A DNA stretch of 24,000 bases. Origin: an uncultured Candidatus Saccharibacteria bacterium (GTDB taxonomy: Bacteria > Patescibacteriota > Dojkabacteria > CALFHW01). The stretch is taken from the NCBI GenBank assembly GCA_964640685.1, contig CAZXFQ010000004.1, forward strand, positions 22,608 through 46,607. Direction: 5' to 3'. The position numbers were made by a program, and so were the translations under genes. A model generated the notes under the pieces. That model worked only from the letters and a program-made list of their open reading frames with translations. It was not told the origin of the DNA and did not search any database. The first letter of the stretch is position 1, and each line of letters opens with the position of its first letter. Shown in pieces: positions 22,223 to 24,000 of this stretch.

Positions 22223-23980
22223 AACGAGTTCAAACCAATTGCGTTTGCCTAACTTTATAATATCACCTAGTTTGAATTCATAGACCAAGATTTCTGGATC
22301 TAGTTTCTGGCCATTTATTTCGACTCCACTTTGCTTGAGCAATTGCTTAGCACTACCCTTAGAGCTGCTCATTAGCTCTGCAATTGCGGTGATCACATCA
22401 TTAGGCTTGCCTAGATGGCTTAAGCGATCGCTCAGCTTGCTTACACTGATCTTAGTGCGCACCTCTGCTGTCTCTTTCTGCTGAATTGTGCGCACAAAGT
22501 GTTCCTCAGCGGCCTGCGCTGCTTGCTCGCCTTTGAGCATTGTGACAATTCTTGCTGCCAATAGCTTCTTGTATTGCATAGGATTATCCCCTGCTTCCAT
22601 ACTTTTCTTGATCTCGACTAATTCCTTGTCACTGCTATCAGTTAATAATTCTAAACCTGTGAGAATATGTTCATCTCTATAAGACATAGCTACTCCGTAC
22701 ATATTCTCTGCGCTGTCGCTCAGATTGATACCATTGCCCATGGTTTTGCTCATAGTCAACGCATCTGGCGCTGGCATAAGTTTGTGGGCTCTGACTAGCT
22801 TTTCTTTGCCAAGGTAGGCTTTGACCAAATCGCGCCCCACCAGCATATTGAAAATCTGATCTGTACCGCCCAATTCCAAATCTACGCCCATTGCGACGCT
22901 GTCATAGCCTTGGAGGAGAGGGTAAAGAATCTCTTGCATTTGTAGTGGTTTGTTGTCCTGCAAGCGCTTTTGGAAAAGATCACGCTCCAGAATCTGCTGC
23001 ACTGTCATCTTAGACATCAGCTTGATCAAATCTTCTAAAGTCAGTTTGTGCAGCCAAGTATAATTGCCCTTGAACTCTACTGGGTTGAGTGGGTCATTGA
23101 AGTCAATCAGCTGCCCTGCCTGTTTTTTCCAGCCGGCCATATTCTGCGCTATATCTTCAGTGCTGAGCAGTTTGCGGGTAGCACTCTTGTCAGGATCCCC
23201 GACTCTAGCTGTATAATCACCTACCAAAAAAATGACCCTATGGCCAAGTTGTTGCAAAATCCGCAGAGCGCGGATGCCCATGGCGTGTCCTACGTGTAAG
23301 TAAGGCCCTGTGGGATCAAAGCCCATGTAGGCCGTAATTCTCTCCCCACGCACTAATAGTTTGCGCAATTGCTCTGCCTGCGGCAGAATCTTTTCTACGC
23401 CACGGTTGAGGAATTTAGCAATCAAGACTTTGTCTACAATAACTTTATGTTCAGTAGTCGTTTTGGAGGACTTAGTGGCAGGATCAGGTTCACTGCCAAG
23501 ACTATCTCCGCCTTCAGAACCTGAATCTACTCTGCTAGGATTGAGTACAGAGATGTCGATAGTCTCATAGTCCCCTAACGTTTTGAGTAAATCGTCTTTG
23601 CTGATTTTTAGAGCAAATTCTGGTGAGGTCGATCCACAATAAACCCAGTCCATCTCAGTGATTGTCTTATCAATATAAACCTTAATATTTGTTTCCTGGC
23701 CGTCAAAGTTATACTTTGTTTCGCCTAACAGCACTGGTGAGACTAGCCCAGTCTCAAAACCTAATTCCTTCAGGCCTTCAGCGCTGGAGAAACTGACACG
23801 AGAGCTTCCTAAGGCCAATTTCAAACGCTTAATATCGAAGTTCATATCATCACGTCTCAAAACGGCTGCGTAAGAATTGCCTCTAACTTGGTAAACTAAT
23901 GTAGACATTCCTTCACGAAAAAGAATGCCCAGATGCTTGACTGTGGAGTCAATATCCAGATGCTGGGGATCCACTGGCAT
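22217..23980 (-). CDS. tyrS: Tyrosine-tRNA ligase fused to an N-terminal YbaK/ProX-like (aminoacyl-tRNA deacylase-type) domain
   Basis: 587 aa. From about residue 190 it is TyrRS: HIGH motif as HVGHA, GDYTARVGDP, a KMSKS-like TMSKT, and a C-terminal S4-like domain. The N-terminal ~150 aa resemble YbaK-type editing domains (STLVYQ...AVLRRDDMNFDIKRLKLALG...ELGFETGLVSPVLL...KVYIDKT). A Ser/Gly/Asp-rich linker joins the two parts. Confidence 0.88.
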   Translation of the reverse strand: MPVDPQHLDIDSTVKHLGILFREGMSTLVYQVRGNSYAAVLRRDDMNFDIKRLKLALGSSRVSFSSAEGLKELGFETGLVSPVLLGETKYNFDGQETNIKVYIDKTITEMDWVYCGSTSPEFALKISKDDLLKTLGDYETIDISVLNPSRVDSGSEGGDSLGSEPDPATKSSKTTTEHKVIVDKVLIAKFLNRGVEKILPQAEQLRKLLVRGERITAYMGFDPTGPYLHVGHAMGIRALRILQQLGHRVIFLVGDYTARVGDPDKSATRKLLSTEDIAQNMAGWKKQAGQLIDFNDPLNPVEFKGNYTWLHKLTLEDLIKLMSKMTVQQILERDLFQKRLQDNKPLQMQEILYPLLQGYDSVAMGVDLELGGTDQIFNMLVGRDLVKAYLGKEKLVRAHKLMPAPDALTMSKTMGNGINLSDSAENMYGVAMSYRDEHILTGLELLTDSSDKELVEIKKSMEAGDNPMQYKKLLAARIVTMLKGEQAAQAAEEHFVRTIQQKETAEVRTKISVSKLSDRLSHLGKPNDVITAIAELMSSSKGSAKQLLKQSGVEINGQKLDPEILVYEFKLGDIIKLGKRNWFELVK

Positions 23981-24000
23981 TAACTCGTAGTTAATATTTA

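Noticed and set aside
21897-22283. A 128-aa plus-strand ORF crossing the recG start, the small ORF, the tandem repeat and the tyrS end
   Set aside because: Its sequence is dominated by translation of the AT-rich repeat (…IFLRLFISY…) and it overlaps four better-supported minus-strand features.
1-24000. An alternative genetic code (UGA reassigned, as in some CPR lineages)
   Set aside because: All long, motif-supported ORFs are intact under the standard code with no need to read through TGA, so TGA is not used as a sense codon. TGA appears as a plausible stop at 10287-10289.

Overview
The window is compact and AT-leaning, uses the standard genetic code, and is almost entirely coding. It has two strand blocks. 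The plus block (1119-12852) is a complete type IV pilus locus with no secretin gene: pilB, pilT, pilC, pilin 1, pilD, pilin 2, three minor pilins, then pilM, pilN and pilO. The minus block (12886-23980) is housekeeping. In coordinate order it holds a KH-domain protein, rpsP, rnc, nusB, rpmF, an AbiEii-type nucleotidyltransferase with its small partner, rsmD, an acylphosphatase-UppS fusion, a SpoU/TrmH methyltransferase, uppP, recG, a small membrane ORF, and a TyrRS with an N-terminal YbaK-like domain. One orphan plus-strand gene (18174-19028) interrupts this block. The left edge carries a holB-like gene and the 5' end of gyrB, both on the minus strand. I saw no rRNA, tRNA, CRISPR array or transposase. 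Several traits suggest a small-genome monoderm bacterium, possibly Patescibacteria/CPR (Saccharibacteria-like): tight packing, fused enzymes, a secretin-less pilus, and no Shine-Dalgarno motifs. That placement is inference only. The points most worth follow-up are: (1) a 150-codon Pro/Ala-rich extension on PilT; (2) two diverged pilin paralogs flanking pilD; (3) Ala at position -1 in four of five prepilins; (4) a structured 300-bp regulatory spacer (7849-8151) with a nested hairpin and a three-copy motif; (5) consensus -10 boxes 5-8 nt from start codons, suggesting leaderless mRNAs; (6) the YbaK-TyrRS and acylphosphatase-UppS fusions; (7) a helically phased 23-bp tandem repeat upstream of the small ORF that precedes recG.
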